64,000 nt of DNA from Tubiluchus corallicola (Eukaryota > Animalia > Priapulida), in the NCBI GenBank assembly GCA_030141605.1, contig JAQGDQ010000971.1, forward strand, positions 10,412 to 74,411, given 5' to 3'. Both the position numbers and the translations under genes were made by a program. Numbering within the stretch: position 1 is the stretch's first letter; the number at the start of each line of letters is the position of its first letter. Under the pieces are notes generated by a model. That model was not told where the DNA came from and made no database searches. It worked only from the letters and a program-made list of their open reading frames with translations. Positions 40,991 to 54,463 of the stretch are shown here, piece after piece.

Positions 40991-42286
40991 TAAATACATA
41001 TATACATATATAAATCTTTACAGCAAAAATTATACGCTAGTACAGAGTAAAATAAATTACATCATACATAAAATCAGTGGATAATATATATATATATATA
41101 TATAACAGAAGTGTATGTATTTTCACTCATGAAAAGCTTGCATTCATAAAGCACACCAAGCAAGACCATGCGCTTTGGTCCCATGGTGTTTAACAATAGA
41201 TTTATAGACATGCATTGTTCATGTATGCATTCTAAAAATAGCATCTAACGATTTTCATTACCTTCCGAATAATTTTCGATTATTGATTTTGCATTTTTGT
41301 TTTATGCATCGCTATCATAAGGTGATATATCTCAATGGATACAAATACTAGCGTACTAAAATTATATACTTAGAGATTCTTTTGCTACATTACAGCCTAA
41401 GCGAATAAAGAAGCCAAGTTTTAAGTAAGAAACACCTGTCTGGGAAGCCATAAACACCACTTACCTGAGAAACCGTTGGGACTCCGATTTTGCACGAATT
41501 GAAGAGCGGTTCATCTTCATCCTCATCCCTTGCTGTGCACAGCTTCAGCAACGATTGCTCATATGGCCATCAGTCAGTTTAAAACAAAGTGACGACGCTC
41601 ATCCGTACAGAGGCAACAAAGAGCAATTAAGTTTATTGTCGCGCTGATTCGCCTCATGTATTAAAATCTGTTTGCGTTACACATATTATACGTATCGTTA
41701 AGCAATTGATGTTTGCGAATCCGACATTATGTTTCAATTGTAATTTTTCCCTGAAATGACTAATGACAACGAAAATGAGCCGAAACTGACGAACGTCATG
41801 CAGGCAGAATCCGGATTCAGTTTCATTTTAATGTGAATTGAAACTTAGAGCCAATATCAAGCAAAAAAGCAAACAAAACGTCATACCTTGATAAAAATGA
41901 TTAATTTTTTTTATTTTTCTAATTAGTCAAACTATATCGGTTTCAACTGAGCTTATAAAGTCCTCTTTTTTCGAAGTTTGTTTTTGTCAGATATATTACG
42001 AGCTAATTAACCTCAAATCGAACTCTATCTGATGCAGTCATTAAATAACATGTAGAACGTATTGCATATAAAAGAGCACAAGTAGGAGGCAAAGTAACAA
42101 AAGGTCAAATGTCAAAATGTCAAAATGTCAAAGGTCAAAAGGTAACATGAGACAAATACAGGAAAAAGTCATAAAAATAGATAAAAATAGGCTAAAAACA
42201 ATAGGAAACGGAAAAAGATGAGAAATTGAGAAATCAATGATAAAATTTCACATCGGGGCGTGCTTAAAATAGGTGGTTGTTGGCGC

Positions 42287-42561
42287 CATAGGCGTACGAG
42301 CCGGGGGGGGGTGAGGGGGCTGCAGCCTCCCCCGCATTCGGGCAAGCAAGTTTTTTAGGCCATCATCAATTTTCTGAGCACCGACCAAATGATGGAAAAA
42401 TAAAATAATATTTTTTATAAAAGGAAATCTGGAAATAAAGTGTCCGAAATCCGGGCATTTTTCCGATCATGGGGTGGGGTGAGGCAATTCCCGACACGGG
42501 ACTTTTTTGGATGGGCAAAAATGGCTCAGCCCCTCTGGAAAAATCGGTCCGTATGCCTATG
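42287..42561. mobile_element. hAT-type MITE
   Basis: TIR CATAGGCGTACG / CGTATGCCTATG; 8-bp TSD GTTGGCGC/GTTGACGC. Confidence 0.85.
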
Positions 42562-42911
42562 GTTGACGCATTTCTCTGTGGGATAGGCAGGCGAGGACAG
42601 AACGCAGAAATAAAACCATTCGAAACTGTGTTGCTGACTGTCCCCCTATCCTTTACTTGCTCAAACACGATGTTGCTTAACTTGAGTCGTTAAGTGACCA
42701 CCAAGCGTCACCATTTTAGCGGCATTCTGTTGATTGTTCTCAAGTGTTCATTATGAATTATACAAAAAATTAGGTTATTAAAATTGGTTGCTCACTTGGA
42801 CATACCTAAAAGTGACTGCTTTTAGCAAAAGAGGCCTACAGAAAATTGTTTGCATACATAAACTGTAAGTTTGAAAGTTTGACCAAACATCCACTTGACC
42901 AGGGCCGGCTT

Positions 42912-43390
42912 ATATATATTTATATATATAATCTTTATTTGCCATTAAAATACATTGATAATCACTGATAAAAACTTTACAGAGATGATCAATCAGTGTT
43001 AGTTAATAAAAACTTACACTGCCAACGGCAAATGCGTTAGCGCAATCTAAACTACTGTGCAGCAATAAAAAGTAACGACGAATAAAATCAAACGTATTTA
43101 CAATTATTCACAAAAAAATGAAAAAATTATGATTTAATTAATATGGCCGTGGGTATATGAATTCTGAATTAGTGTGTATGTTGTCGTGCTGGTGTGATGG
43201 TATTTCATATCTGGTTAATATTAGTGCTTTTAATTTTGTTTTAAATGCTGATAGGGACTTGATTTGTTTAACATGTAATGGTAGAGAATTCCAAAGTAGA
43301 ATTGCTTGTTTGATCACAGAGTTCGTTCCATAGTGGGTATTTGTCCTAATTTGTTTTAGATTGCTTGTTCTGGAATTAACTGTTAGATTA
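42912..43390 (-). mobile_element. CR1/L2-group LINE 3' end, inserted into a hAT-type MITE end (CAGGGCCGGC at 42900)
   Basis: Reverse complement of 21226-21690. Confidence 0.8.
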
Positions 43391-44134
43391 TGACCTTTTG
43401 GGAACCCTAGGCTAACGAAATTATGGGGGGCCCCCTTCAGACAGAGCCACCGTTCAATTTGCTCGCACTAGTCTCTAATATCTTTTACTTGTGATGTATT
43501 TTACAACACTTGTGTCGTCCAATATTTCAAATAAAAGGCCTCAAATAAGGGCCCTTTGTCTCAAACAGGGATCCTTTAAATCACATGATGAACCACTAAA
43601 ACGTGGATTTTCACTCTTACTGATCTCCCTTTTCAAAGTTAACATTTTATCTTAATTATATGAATTATTCAGCAATGAAAGCTTGGGCGCCCAAGCTTGA
43701 GGGTAATACTACTATTTAGGTAATACTACCCTATAGTTTTTAAAAATAAAGAATTATAATAAAAATAATAATGGATAATACAGTACACTAAATCGTTTTG
43801 CAACCCTCTTTCCTCTATTGGTCTAAGATTTAAAAAGTTTAAAATGACACACAAGTAAGGTTACATCTCTAACTATAGAGATTTAGTTTCATTTAAAAAC
43901 AGCTGAAAATCATTTTGCTTTTTAGAAAACACAACTTCATAATTTTTATCTGGGTCACTAGACATGACTTCAGACACGCACCAATGTGACCCATCAAAAA
44001 ACAGTGAACCACGTGATCCGCGACACATGATCTATTCTATTATTAAAACAACACAACTTTTATTAAAAACTTTTATTTACAACTGTTTAAAAACATGTCC
44101 AGACGTTCCTACAGCAATCAGCCATCATCATCAG

Positions 44135-44500
44135 TATTATGGTGTGGGTGGTGTGGTGTGTGGGTGCTGCAGTGGTATGGTGTGGTGCAGTGTGGTGTGA
44201 TGTGGTGGAGTATTATGGTGTGGGTGGTGTGGTGTGTGGGTGCTGCAGTGGTATGGTGTGGTGTAGTGTGGTGCTGTGCGGTGTGATGTGGTGGAGTATT
44301 ATGGTGTGGGTGGTGTGGTGTGTGGGTGCTGCAGTGGTGCAGTGTGGTGTGATGTGGTGGAGTGGTATGGTGTGGGTGGTGTGGTGTGTAGGTGGTGTGG
44401 TGCGGTGCGGTGTGGTGTGGTGGTATTGTGTGGTGCGATGAGGTGGAGTGGTATGGTGTGGTGCAGTGTGGTGTGATGAGGTGGAGTGGTGTGGTGTGGG
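44135..44500. repeat. (GTGTG/GTG)-based minisatellite
   Basis: TATTATGGTGTGGGTGGTGTGG units recurring at ~76-86 bp spacing. Confidence 0.9.
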
Positions 44501-44561
44501 TTGTGTGTTGATTTGTGCACAAAATTCTTTTTGTGGGGTTTGGCTATTATTATTATTATTA

Positions 44562-45354
44562 TCTCTTATATTAATATTCTTGGTATATATATATATATAT
44601 AAGATTCGAGGCTACAGCCCGGACGAGGGCACCATTTGCGGCGATCTATATATCAAACGAAAGGTCTCGATCTAGTGTCGTGCCATTGATGGTTTATTTT
44701 TCGAATCGGGCCCACCGGGAGGAACGGGGGGCGAAAAACCTCCAAAAATGGCCATTTTTCGGCCGTTTTTTGCAAAAGTTATACGACCGAGATGTAGAGA
44801 ACGGGAACGGGCCGAGGGTGGTGCTGGGTATGGATAGATAGCCCGTTCAGCGGTGGGTGTAGTAGGCATATTTAGAATTCCCGAGAGGGCCACGGCGTCC
44901 CGTAACGGGCGTTTTCCCGGACCCAACTCGCGACTTTTTCGAAATTTTGACCAAACAGCCTGCGGGAAAAACGTTCTAGCGTCGCCCAGTGGGACTCTCG
45001 GAAGGAGATATATAGCTCTTTACAAAGAGGAAGGACAGGGCTACACGATGATGTAGGTTATATTTTAGGGCAGGTCCACCGAGAGGAGTACCGGCGAGGT
45101 AATTAGAGGTTCCATTTTCGGCAATTTTCGCTTAGAAAACTGTTGACGCAAAGGCATTGTTGTGACGTCATCCATTGTATTCTGTCTATAATCTTATAGC
45201 TTTAATTCAGCAAAAAGCTGCTACAGGCAAAGTAAACAAACAGTAGGCAGGATGTTACGGGCTTTGTGTTATAAATGAGTACTAGGTAGAATGTTCGCGT
45301 ATTATTGATTACACGTGTATTTATACGCAAAATCTTTTGCGGGGCCTTTGCTAG
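44562..45354 (+). mobile_element. Non-autonomous Helitron, unit 1
   Basis: A|TC 5' end (TCTCTTATATTAATATTC); 3' hairpin GCAAAA-TC-TTTTGC about 10 nt before the terminal CTAG. Confidence 0.8.
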
Positions 45355-46140
45355 TCTTATATATTAATATTCTTGGTATATATATATATATATAAGATTC
45401 GAGGCTACAGCCCAGACGACGGCACCATTTGCGGCGATCTATATATCAAACGAAAGGTCTTGATCTAGTGTCGTCTCATTGGGGGTTTATTTTTCGAATG
45501 GGGCCCACCGGGAGGAACGGGGGGCGAAAAACCTCCAAAAATGGCCATTTTTCGGTCGTTTTTTGCAAAAGTTATACGGCTGAGATGTAGAGAACGGGAA
45601 CAGGCCGAGGGTGGTGTTGGGTATGGATAGATAGCCCTTTCAGCGGTGGGTGTCATAGGCCTATTTAGAGTTCCCGAGAGGGCCACGGGGTCCCGCAACG
45701 GGTTTTTCCCGGACCCGACTCGCGATTTTTTCGAAATTTTGATCAAACAGCCTGTGGAAAAAACGTTGTAGCGTCGCCTGGAGGGACTCTCGGAAGGAGA
45801 TATGCAGCTCATCAGAAAGAGGATGAACGGGGCTATACGATGATGTGGGCTATATGTTAGGGCAAGTCCACTGAGAGGAGTACTGGCAAGTTAATTGGAT
45901 GTTCTATTTTCGACAATTTTCGCTTAGAAAACTGCTGACGCAAAGCCATTGTAGTGACGTCATCCATTGTACCCTGCCTATAGCTTTAATTCAGTAAAAG
46001 CTACAGGCTTTGCGTTAGTTAAGCAAACAGTAGGCAGGATGTTACGGGCTTTGCGTTATAAATGAGGACTATGTAGAATGTTCGCGTATTATTGATTACA
46101 CGTGGTTTTTTACGCAAAATCTTTTGCGGGGCCTTTGCTA

Positions 46141-46141
<1 letters not shown>
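45355..46141 (+). mobile_element. Non-autonomous Helitron, unit 2 (head-to-tail)
   Basis: CTAG|TC junction; diverged copy of unit 1; ends CTAG|T in an (ATT)n tract. Confidence 0.8.
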
Positions 46142-46185
<44 letters not shown>

Positions 46186-46710
46186 GTTGTTGTTGTTGTT
46201 TTCTTGCGTATTGCGTTGACTATTAAACGCATGTGCGTTATTATGTCTGGGAAGTTTTTTTATTCATTGTAATGTATTGCATTGTTTATGTAATGTTTTG
46301 TAACTTATAATTGTATTTCTATGGATTGTAAATCGTCAATAAATAAATAAACAATACGATAACACAGTAATTCTTACTAAAGAGATTTCTGCTGGCAGAA
46401 AGAGAAGACAGCCTCTTCCTAGCAAATGAACGGGGACACCGTGGAGACGACTCGACGCTGCAACTTTTCTATTTCGTCTCCACAGCAGGTGACGCCTGTA
46501 GTTTTCTGTTCCTTTACAAATCGAAATTAAATTAATGACGACAGGACAAAGTGGTCTGACCAGCTCTGCATTCAAGGCCACTCGCCTGGCCCGTACAGTA
46601 ACAATGGCAGTCGTTAGAATGCAACAACAATTAGACTGTAGGAATGCAAAAGAACCTGGACGCTTAATGAATCGTACCTGTGTGACGGCAGAACGGTTTC
46701 CATTCGGTGG

Positions 46711-46722
46711 TGACAGGTGTCA
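46711..46722. promoter_or_regulatory. TALE dimer palindrome TGACAGGTGTCA (Pknox/Meis/TGIF-type)
   Basis: Exact 12-mer within a non-repetitive, GC-richer island (about 46380-46960). Confidence 0.45.
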
Positions 46723-47380
46723 GCTAAGACGAGATAACAAATTACATTTCCATTGGGCAGTGATTCTGGTTTGGCAGAAGAGTGTCAAACGTGCGGGGCG
46801 AGTACACGAGTAATTACCGCCCCGGTGTTTTCACTTTGCTGTTTTGTTGACAACGCAAATTAAGGGTTTCCCCTGCACAACTGTGCAATTACAAGCAATG
46901 AAAATGTTAAGTGTAATTGGGAGCAAGACCGGATGCGGAAGTGGACAAGCTCAACATCTTGTTGTTTTTACTTCGATTTGGACTTATAAATAGGTGACAC
47001 ATTTAAGTGATGTAATATAATGCGGTCTTAGCAATACAGTTTCTAAGTATCACAGAACGTTGCCAGAACATTTATTGACATCTATGAGTAATTAAAGTGG
47101 ATTAAAATAAATTTATTTCAAGGAGATAGAATCACGTGAGTAATCTGGTAAAGGTGGTACAGTGAACAAGCAATTATATACATGTGCAGGTATTTTTGTT
47201 AAAAAAAACTTAAATTAGAGGTATAAACGATATCATTTATTAGCTTGACATTATTCTACCCCCCACCCCCAGGTATTTGAAGCATTTGTAGTAACTGTGA
47301 CCATTTTCAGGAAGCCACTAGACGAGGCCAGCTGCAAGTGCAGTTTCTAAGGTAATAACAACAGCAACAATAACAACAAT

Positions 47381-47416
<36 letters not shown>

Positions 47417-48289
47417 AATAATAATAATAATAACAACAACAACAACAACAATAATAATAATAATAATAACAATAATAATCGTTATTTAATGTCGGCTTTT
47501 TAAGACGAACATTTAACATAAACTCCAAATTAGCTTTTGGGGCGACTGTACCTATCAAAGTCATAATCAATCATCAGCCTCCAAACGAAGATATACGGGG
47601 CACAGAAGAGACAAGTGCTCTCCCTTTACCGTGTGCAAGACGCAGTTGCACGTTGCTACACGGGCTTGCTACACCTTTCAAAATCAGAGGTTTCATTTAT
47701 CAAATTTATTGGAATTTTCACCGCATGTGATAGAGCAACGACTAAAACTCATATAGTTACAGGATATATGCTGTAGCAGTGTTAATTTATATAATTTTTA
47801 TATTCTTTTAATAGTTTTTGGGTAAAGTATTTCAACTCTGTTTTGGTTGTGATAATAAATAAACAAATAAAAAATGAACTTGCTTCTTGTTGCTAAGTTA
47901 AAAGATGAACATCTAGCGTTCACTTTGATACTGATTATTACGCTAATAAAGTTATTAAAAAGTTATTTGTCTGAAGTTACTCACATTAAGTTTTCTTTAC
48001 AAGTAACAAGACATTAAATTTTGACTCTTTAGAGATTACGGACACAATTACAGAACGTTGTGGATTGTTCTGGCTGTTTAATAAGATCAGTTTAACAAAC
48101 AAACAAAAGCATGACATAAACAACGAGGAATGTTACTAACGTGTAGAGTATGATTCCTTTGCATTAAATGTAGGCTTAAAAAGAAGATAACTTTCAAGCA
48201 TGTAAGACATTTCTAATCAGCAGTTAACGTGTAGGGTATTATGTGCATAAGCAGCAAGCTTAAAGAGTAGAGTGTCTGACAAATTATTG

Positions 48290-48762
48290 AGGCATAGAAG
48301 AAACAAGTTAGGGGCTAATGCAGAACCCCGAGAAACATCCCGAATGATTGAAGAACAGAAGAAATAAGTTAGGGGCTAATGCAGAACCCTAAGGAACACC
48401 ACAAATGATTGAAGAACAGAAGAAATAAGGTAGGGGCTGATACAGAACCCCGAGGAACACTACAAATTAATGAGGAACAGAAGAAACAAGTTAGGGGCTA
48501 ATAGTGAACCCTAAGGAACATCACAAATGATTGAAGAACAGAAGAAATAAGGTAGGGGCTAATAGAGAATCCCGATGAACACTGCAAGTAATTGAGGAAC
48601 AGAAGAAACAAGTTAGGGGCTAATAGAGAACCCTAAGGAACACCACGAATGATTGAAGAACAGAAGAAATAAGGTAGGGGCTAAAGTACAGAACCCCGAG
48701 GAACACCACAAATCATTGAAGAACAGAAGAAATTTGGTAGGGGCTAATACAGAACCCCGAGG
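48290..48762. repeat. ~61-bp tandem repeat x~8
   Basis: GAAGAAAYAAG(T/G)TAGGGGCTAAT recurring. Confidence 0.9.
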
Positions 48763-49066
48763 ATATGGTGCTTCGGTATTGTGCGACAACAAAAAACAAA
48801 TCCAAATAGCAATGCGATCAGGTACTTCAACGAGGCGTAATTTGTACAAGAGCTAAGATGTAGAAGTGATCAAAAGAGGAGAGTTTGCAAACTACGCTTT
48901 GTCATGAGCATTGAGGTCTCCAAAACGTAGTTGCTGAAGGATGACAACAAGAGACTTCATCAATGTTCAATGAGAGAAACTAACATTGGGCAAGACTGAG
49001 AAGATGGAGAGTGATACCGGAAAAAACTAAAATGTCACTAAAAACCAAAAACTAAATGAAAAAAAT

Positions 49067-49305
49067 CATCCCGTAGATTTTTACCTATCTGTCTGTCTGT
49101 CTGTCTGTCTATCTGCCTATCTGTCTGCCTGTCTACCTACCTACCTACCTACCTACCTACCTACCTACCTACCTACCTACCTACCTACCTACCTACCTAC
49201 TTACTTACCTTCATCCCGTAGATTTTTACCTATCTGTCTGTCTGTCTGTCTGTCTATCTGCCTACTTGCCTGCCTGCCTACCTATCTACCTATCTACCTA
49301 CCTAC
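49067..49305. repeat. (TCTG)n(CCTA)n compound microsatellite, duplicated with its flank
   Basis: CATCCCGTAGATTTTTACCTATC at ~49067 and ~49212. Confidence 0.9.
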
Positions 49306-49773
49306 ATGTTCACATAAATATGAGAGTATAAATATGAATCACTTATTTAAAAGTATTTAAAATTTATTGCATTATTTAACAATATGTACAGCACTTTTTG
49401 TCTGTCAGAGACTTAAAACGAATTTTCTTATCGCATAATGAAGCAAAAATTATAAATAAGCTAATTAATTTATTTTTCTGAGCTATTACTATGCGGTCGC
49501 TAATCACGGACGTCAAATGTTTCTAGATGTTTAATAAACCTAATAAACCGTTTTTCAGCGTTTTTGAAACATAAAATTTGTATAAAGCGAATAAAATAAC
49601 GAATGTGTTTGAAACGAATTTGTAGCTGACAATTTTAAAAAGGTTGATTTTGTTAAAAATTGAGCAAAATTCTGCAACAAAAATATATATTTTACTATTG
49701 GGTATGAAATTGAATAAAATGAACAATACAGGTTAGGCGCTAGATTCGACCAGCGTTTCCATTTGAGGTCGTT

Positions 49774-49783
49774 GCGCCATCTA
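49774..49783 (-). promoter_or_regulatory. CTCF-like motif (TAGATGGCGC)
   Basis: GCGCCATCTA on the plus strand. Confidence 0.45.
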
Positions 49784-50517
49784 TGAGTAGATATGCAAGA
49801 AAACGTATCGATTTCCGTCAGCAAGAACATGACACTAATGACTTACATGCCGCAAATTAAATATCAAAAATTTACACATAGGTGAACAAGAAAGATATTG
49901 CCACTGCTTCCTGTTGTAAACTAAAACATTGACAAGACGCTATTGTATATTGATTGTTGGGAAAGTTCCCATTTAAAAGTAGAGAATATAAGATGAATGT
50001 AAAAGGATCTTGATAACGATTCTAAAGAATCGTCATTGACTCGATGCGTTAATGGAAAAAGTAATATTTACATAGCAAATTGTTAGTGATTTCAGTTCTA
50101 GCCAACGTGGTGGTAGCATTATACGTCTTTCTTTTGTCAGTATTCTTTCCGATATAATTTTATTTCGGTTTTAATACGACTAAATCATTCTGTAGAAATT
50201 TGGACAATTAAGAAAATCACTAGTAACATCTCGCAGTATCGTCTTTGGAAGGCAACATATTTACACCTCCCGTTTGCCGACAGAGGAGGCCTGCTCCGCC
50301 CATTCTTTTTAACTACGAGCCGACTTGACCAGTCCGAGCGTCCAGCAAGATGTTTATTACGCAAGGAAGAGGTCGTCTTGTAAGTCAGAACAAGTGCCGC
50401 TTTGTAATCTGATATGATAGAGATAAGCCGAAACTTCAAACCAGACCGATGTGGAGGCTAGGTTGTCTTATGCAGATACTTAATTACGATTACACGTGCC
50501 TAGGAGATGCTAGTTCT

Positions 50518-50889
<372 letters not shown>

Positions 50890-50893
<4 letters not shown>

Positions 50894-51120
50894 TACTTAG
50901 TGCTGACATAGTGCTGATGGTGTGCCAAGAACCCTATCTATTAGTTGTCAAATTGGCAATTATGACCCTCTTCGGTTTCATTACCAATGAAGCCTATATC
51001 TGGAGTAACATGGCTTATGAAACTGCTCAGAAGCTGTAACTCATCCGTTTGCTGGTCAGGCTAAACGTTGCTTAACTTCGGTCGCTAAACTAGCAGCCTG
51101 ATACCTCAGCTATCTGAGAA
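50890..51120 (-). mobile_element. Degenerate SINE with 5S-like segment and (TC)n tail
   Basis: Minus strand ACCGAAGTTAAGCAACGTTTAGCCTG...GGATGAGTTAC resembles the 5S box A/box C region; leads into the long (GA)n tract. Confidence 0.45.
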
Positions 51121-51360
51121 ACGTTAAAACGGGATTCAGTGTGGTGAATGGTGAATGTAAGATTAGATCAGCAGGTTTCCTACGAATTCACAGTTCACGT
51201 CACCGCGAACAGCCTCACTACCCGCCCTCCGCTGTCACCGCTTCCGCTACCGCCACCGCCACCACTACCCACCGCCATTATAGCCCGTTCTAAACGCAGT
51301 ACAGACGTTCAGCAGTCTTCCATTTAAAAAGCCACATTTCTTTAATTTTTTTATTGCTGT

Positions 51361-51370
51361 GCGCCATCTA
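51361..51370 (-). promoter_or_regulatory. CTCF-like motif (TAGATGGCGC)
   Basis: GCGCCATCTA on the plus strand. Confidence 0.45.
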
Positions 51371-51870
51371 TTGTCGACTTTATGATTTACTTTCTAAGTT
51401 TAGAAAGTCAATGTTTTCACACTAGTGTTCTGTTTGGGTTATAAAAAAAGCTTATCCTAAGAATAACAGATTAGTACAAATAAGCAAAAATTAACAAAGA
51501 AAAATAAACAAGCAACATATCTTGCGAATGAGAAGTAAATAAACTGATAATTGTGTCCGGATTGGTTAAAAAATTCAAAATGTAAAAAACAACATCCCTT
51601 AAAGTGACAACAAAGGTTAAAAATGGTCACATTTAATGAATTAATTTATTCAAACTGGAAGCAACCAGAGATATCTGACTAAACAAACACTGTACTTGGT
51701 TATTTGCTTATAATATTAGAATTTATAATCAGTCATAAAAATGAACTCGTTTATCTGCTTCTTCATGGCAATCAACACTTAAATATAACTGTTAGTATTC
51801 AAGTATTTAAACTCGTGCAGAAATTTATGTTTTCCTCTGAACGCCTTTAAGCATTGTCATTGTTTTCCAT

Positions 51871-52350
51871 AATAATGCTAGTTTCAACTTATGCTGTATG
51901 TATCTGTACTTCTGGTAGTCATACTGTAATTCTTTTTCGTAATAATACTAGTTTCAACTTATGCTGTATGTATCTGTACTTCTGGTAGTCATACTGTAAT
52001 CGTTTTTCGAAATAATACTAGTTTCAACTTATGCTGTATTTATCCGTACTGCTGGTAGTCATACTGTAATTCATTTTTGTAATAATACTAGTTTCAACTT
52101 AAGCTGTATTTATCCGTACTGCTGGTAGTCATACTGTAATTCATTTTTGTAATAATACTAGTTTCAACTTATGCTGTATGCATCTGTACTTCTGGTAGTC
52201 ATACTGTAATCGTTTTTCGAAATAATACTAGTTTCAACTTATGCTGTATTTATCCGTACTGCTGGTAGTCATACTGTAATTCATTTTTGTAATAATACTA
52301 ATTTCAACTTATGCTGTATTTATCCATACTTCTGGTAGTCATACTGTAAT
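51871..52350. repeat. 70-bp tandem repeat x~7
   Basis: AATAATACTAGTTTCAACTT every 70 bp. Confidence 0.95.
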
Positions 52351-52470
52351 GCTTCTACTGTTTGTTTATTGTCTGCACGAAGCAAGATGGTTTGTTAGCA
52401 ATAAAACTGTCTTGTTGTAATTTTGCTATTATAATAAAACTAAATTAAACCAAGTCAAAATTTTTTGTTT

Positions 52471-53240
52471 CAGGCACTTAAAACATTTATAGTTAAAACA
52501 TCATAACTTTATTAAATAGTTATTTACATTTTTGTAAATATTTGTAGAAATTTACTACAGATGATGACAGCAGTAGCTCTGTTGAAAGGTTTGACACGAT
52601 TTTAACTAACATACAACCAGTTTACACAGGCAACGCCAACAGTACAGAACATTATGCACTGATTATGTGTTTAACAGAAGCCAAGCAGGTAATGAATAAG
52701 CAAACCAGTAGAAAAGAAATTCTCCTCAATCCAGCATTAATGACCATATTTCTGCCTCTGACCATGAAGCTGATTTTAATAACTTCAGCATTGTGACCAG
52801 AGCTACAAAAAACTGGGACTTATTAATAAAAGAAAGTTCATCTATGTACATTAATAAGCCTTCTCTTAATGTGCAAAGCAGTTCAATTCCTTTAACTTTA
52901 TTCTCAAACACTTAGCTATTTGTTACTGTATCAATTTCTTTTCTACTGGTCTGCTTAATCTTTGCCTGTTTGGCTTTTGTAAATACACAATTAGTGCTTA
53001 AGTTACTGTATCAATTTCTTCTCTACTGTTTTGCTTATCCATTACCTATTTGGCTTCTGTTTAATACATAATTAGTGCATAATGTTCTATACTGTAGACT
53101 CTGCCTATATAAACTGCTTGTATGTTTGTAAAAATTTACCACTGATGATGACAGCAGTAGCTCTGTCGAAACGTTTGACACGATTTTTTAACTATATAAA
53201 TTAAAAGTTTTAATAAAGTTGTGGTTTCTAACTATAAATT
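52471..53240. mobile_element. Family C element, rearranged
   Basis: Starts CAGGCACTTAAAACATTTATAG; right arm 52900-53240 matches 19260-19590. Confidence 0.75.
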
Positions 53241-53695
53241 AAACTAATTTAACTATAATAGACAGGAAGTTACGCAGGAAGTAACTCCGTCTGCAACTAA
53301 GCTTAAAATAAAACCTTATATTATAGCAGCTATCATGGAAACGAGGACGCTATTCAGTCATATACGTCTCCCCGTCGTTTCCAGCATCTGATTAGCCTAT
53401 GACAAGCGCATTTCGGAAAAAGTTTGATTGAACTGTTGTTTCTATTCAAACTTATTGGCATTCATTTCCGCAACTCTGCATGAGATAACGTGTTCCATTG
53501 TTTCTATTTTTGAATATGTTTTGATCGATTGTGAAACGACCATTGTTCATGCTGAAGTGTTCGATCGGGAAATGCCACATAATTAGATGTCTCGTGGTCA
53601 AATATGATAAAATTATGCATTTAATTAACGAAATTTACCCAGCTGTCCCGTGAAACATCCTTATTCTTTTCGCCGGAATCAGCTACATTTTTACA

Positions 53696-53797
53696 AGTTA
53701 TGCTATACAGTTATGCTATATAGTTATGCTATACAGTTATGCTATATAGTTATGCTATACAGTTATGCTATATAGTTATGCTATATAGTTATGTTAT
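53696..53797. repeat. 13-bp minisatellite (AGTTATGCTATAY)n
   Basis: Direct reading. Confidence 0.9.
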
Positions 53798-53889
53798 AAC
53801 ACTGTAACAATCTTTTATATTCACCACAATTTTTCTGCATTACAAAATTTTAACTTAAAAAGATCTGAAGAAAAACAGTTTGCATTTGA

Positions 53890-54045
53890 GCAGATGGTTT
53901 TCCGTCTGGGAGGTCGTGAGTTCGATACAGCGGCCGGGTCATACCAAAGATTTTGAAAGTGGTACCTGCTGTTGCACAGCCTGACGGGTGGTATTTAGGG
54001 TAAAAGTGGGGTAATAATAGTCTCGGTTATGTATTTGTAGTTTGT
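53890..54045 (+). mobile_element. tRNA-derived SINE fragment
   Basis: GGAGGTCGTGAGTTCGATAC (B-box) followed by GGGTCATACCAAAGATTTTGAAAGTGGTACCTGCTG, resembling a widespread metazoan SINE central domain (from memory). Confidence 0.6.
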
Positions 54046-54119
54046 TATTTACAGTTGGCAATGATAGCTCTTTGAGCTAATGTTAATTGTTGACCCAAAA
54101 GCTGACTTTAAATAAAGAT

Positions 54120-54245
<126 letters not shown>

Positions 54246-54463
54246 GCAAAGAAGCAAAAGAGGAGTTGTGTAGATTGATGGCGGCCGATGCAGTTCAACA
54301 CGGAAAGAACCTTTGCACATTTGTTAATAATTCTGCGTCTAAAACACATGCAATATTGAACAATGTAAAAATTATTAAAACAAAGAAAGACGACTCGTGT
54401 TTTGCCTTTTTTGGTTAAAAAACGTCTGATTACGTTTGACGTTGACATTAACGTTTTCCTTCA

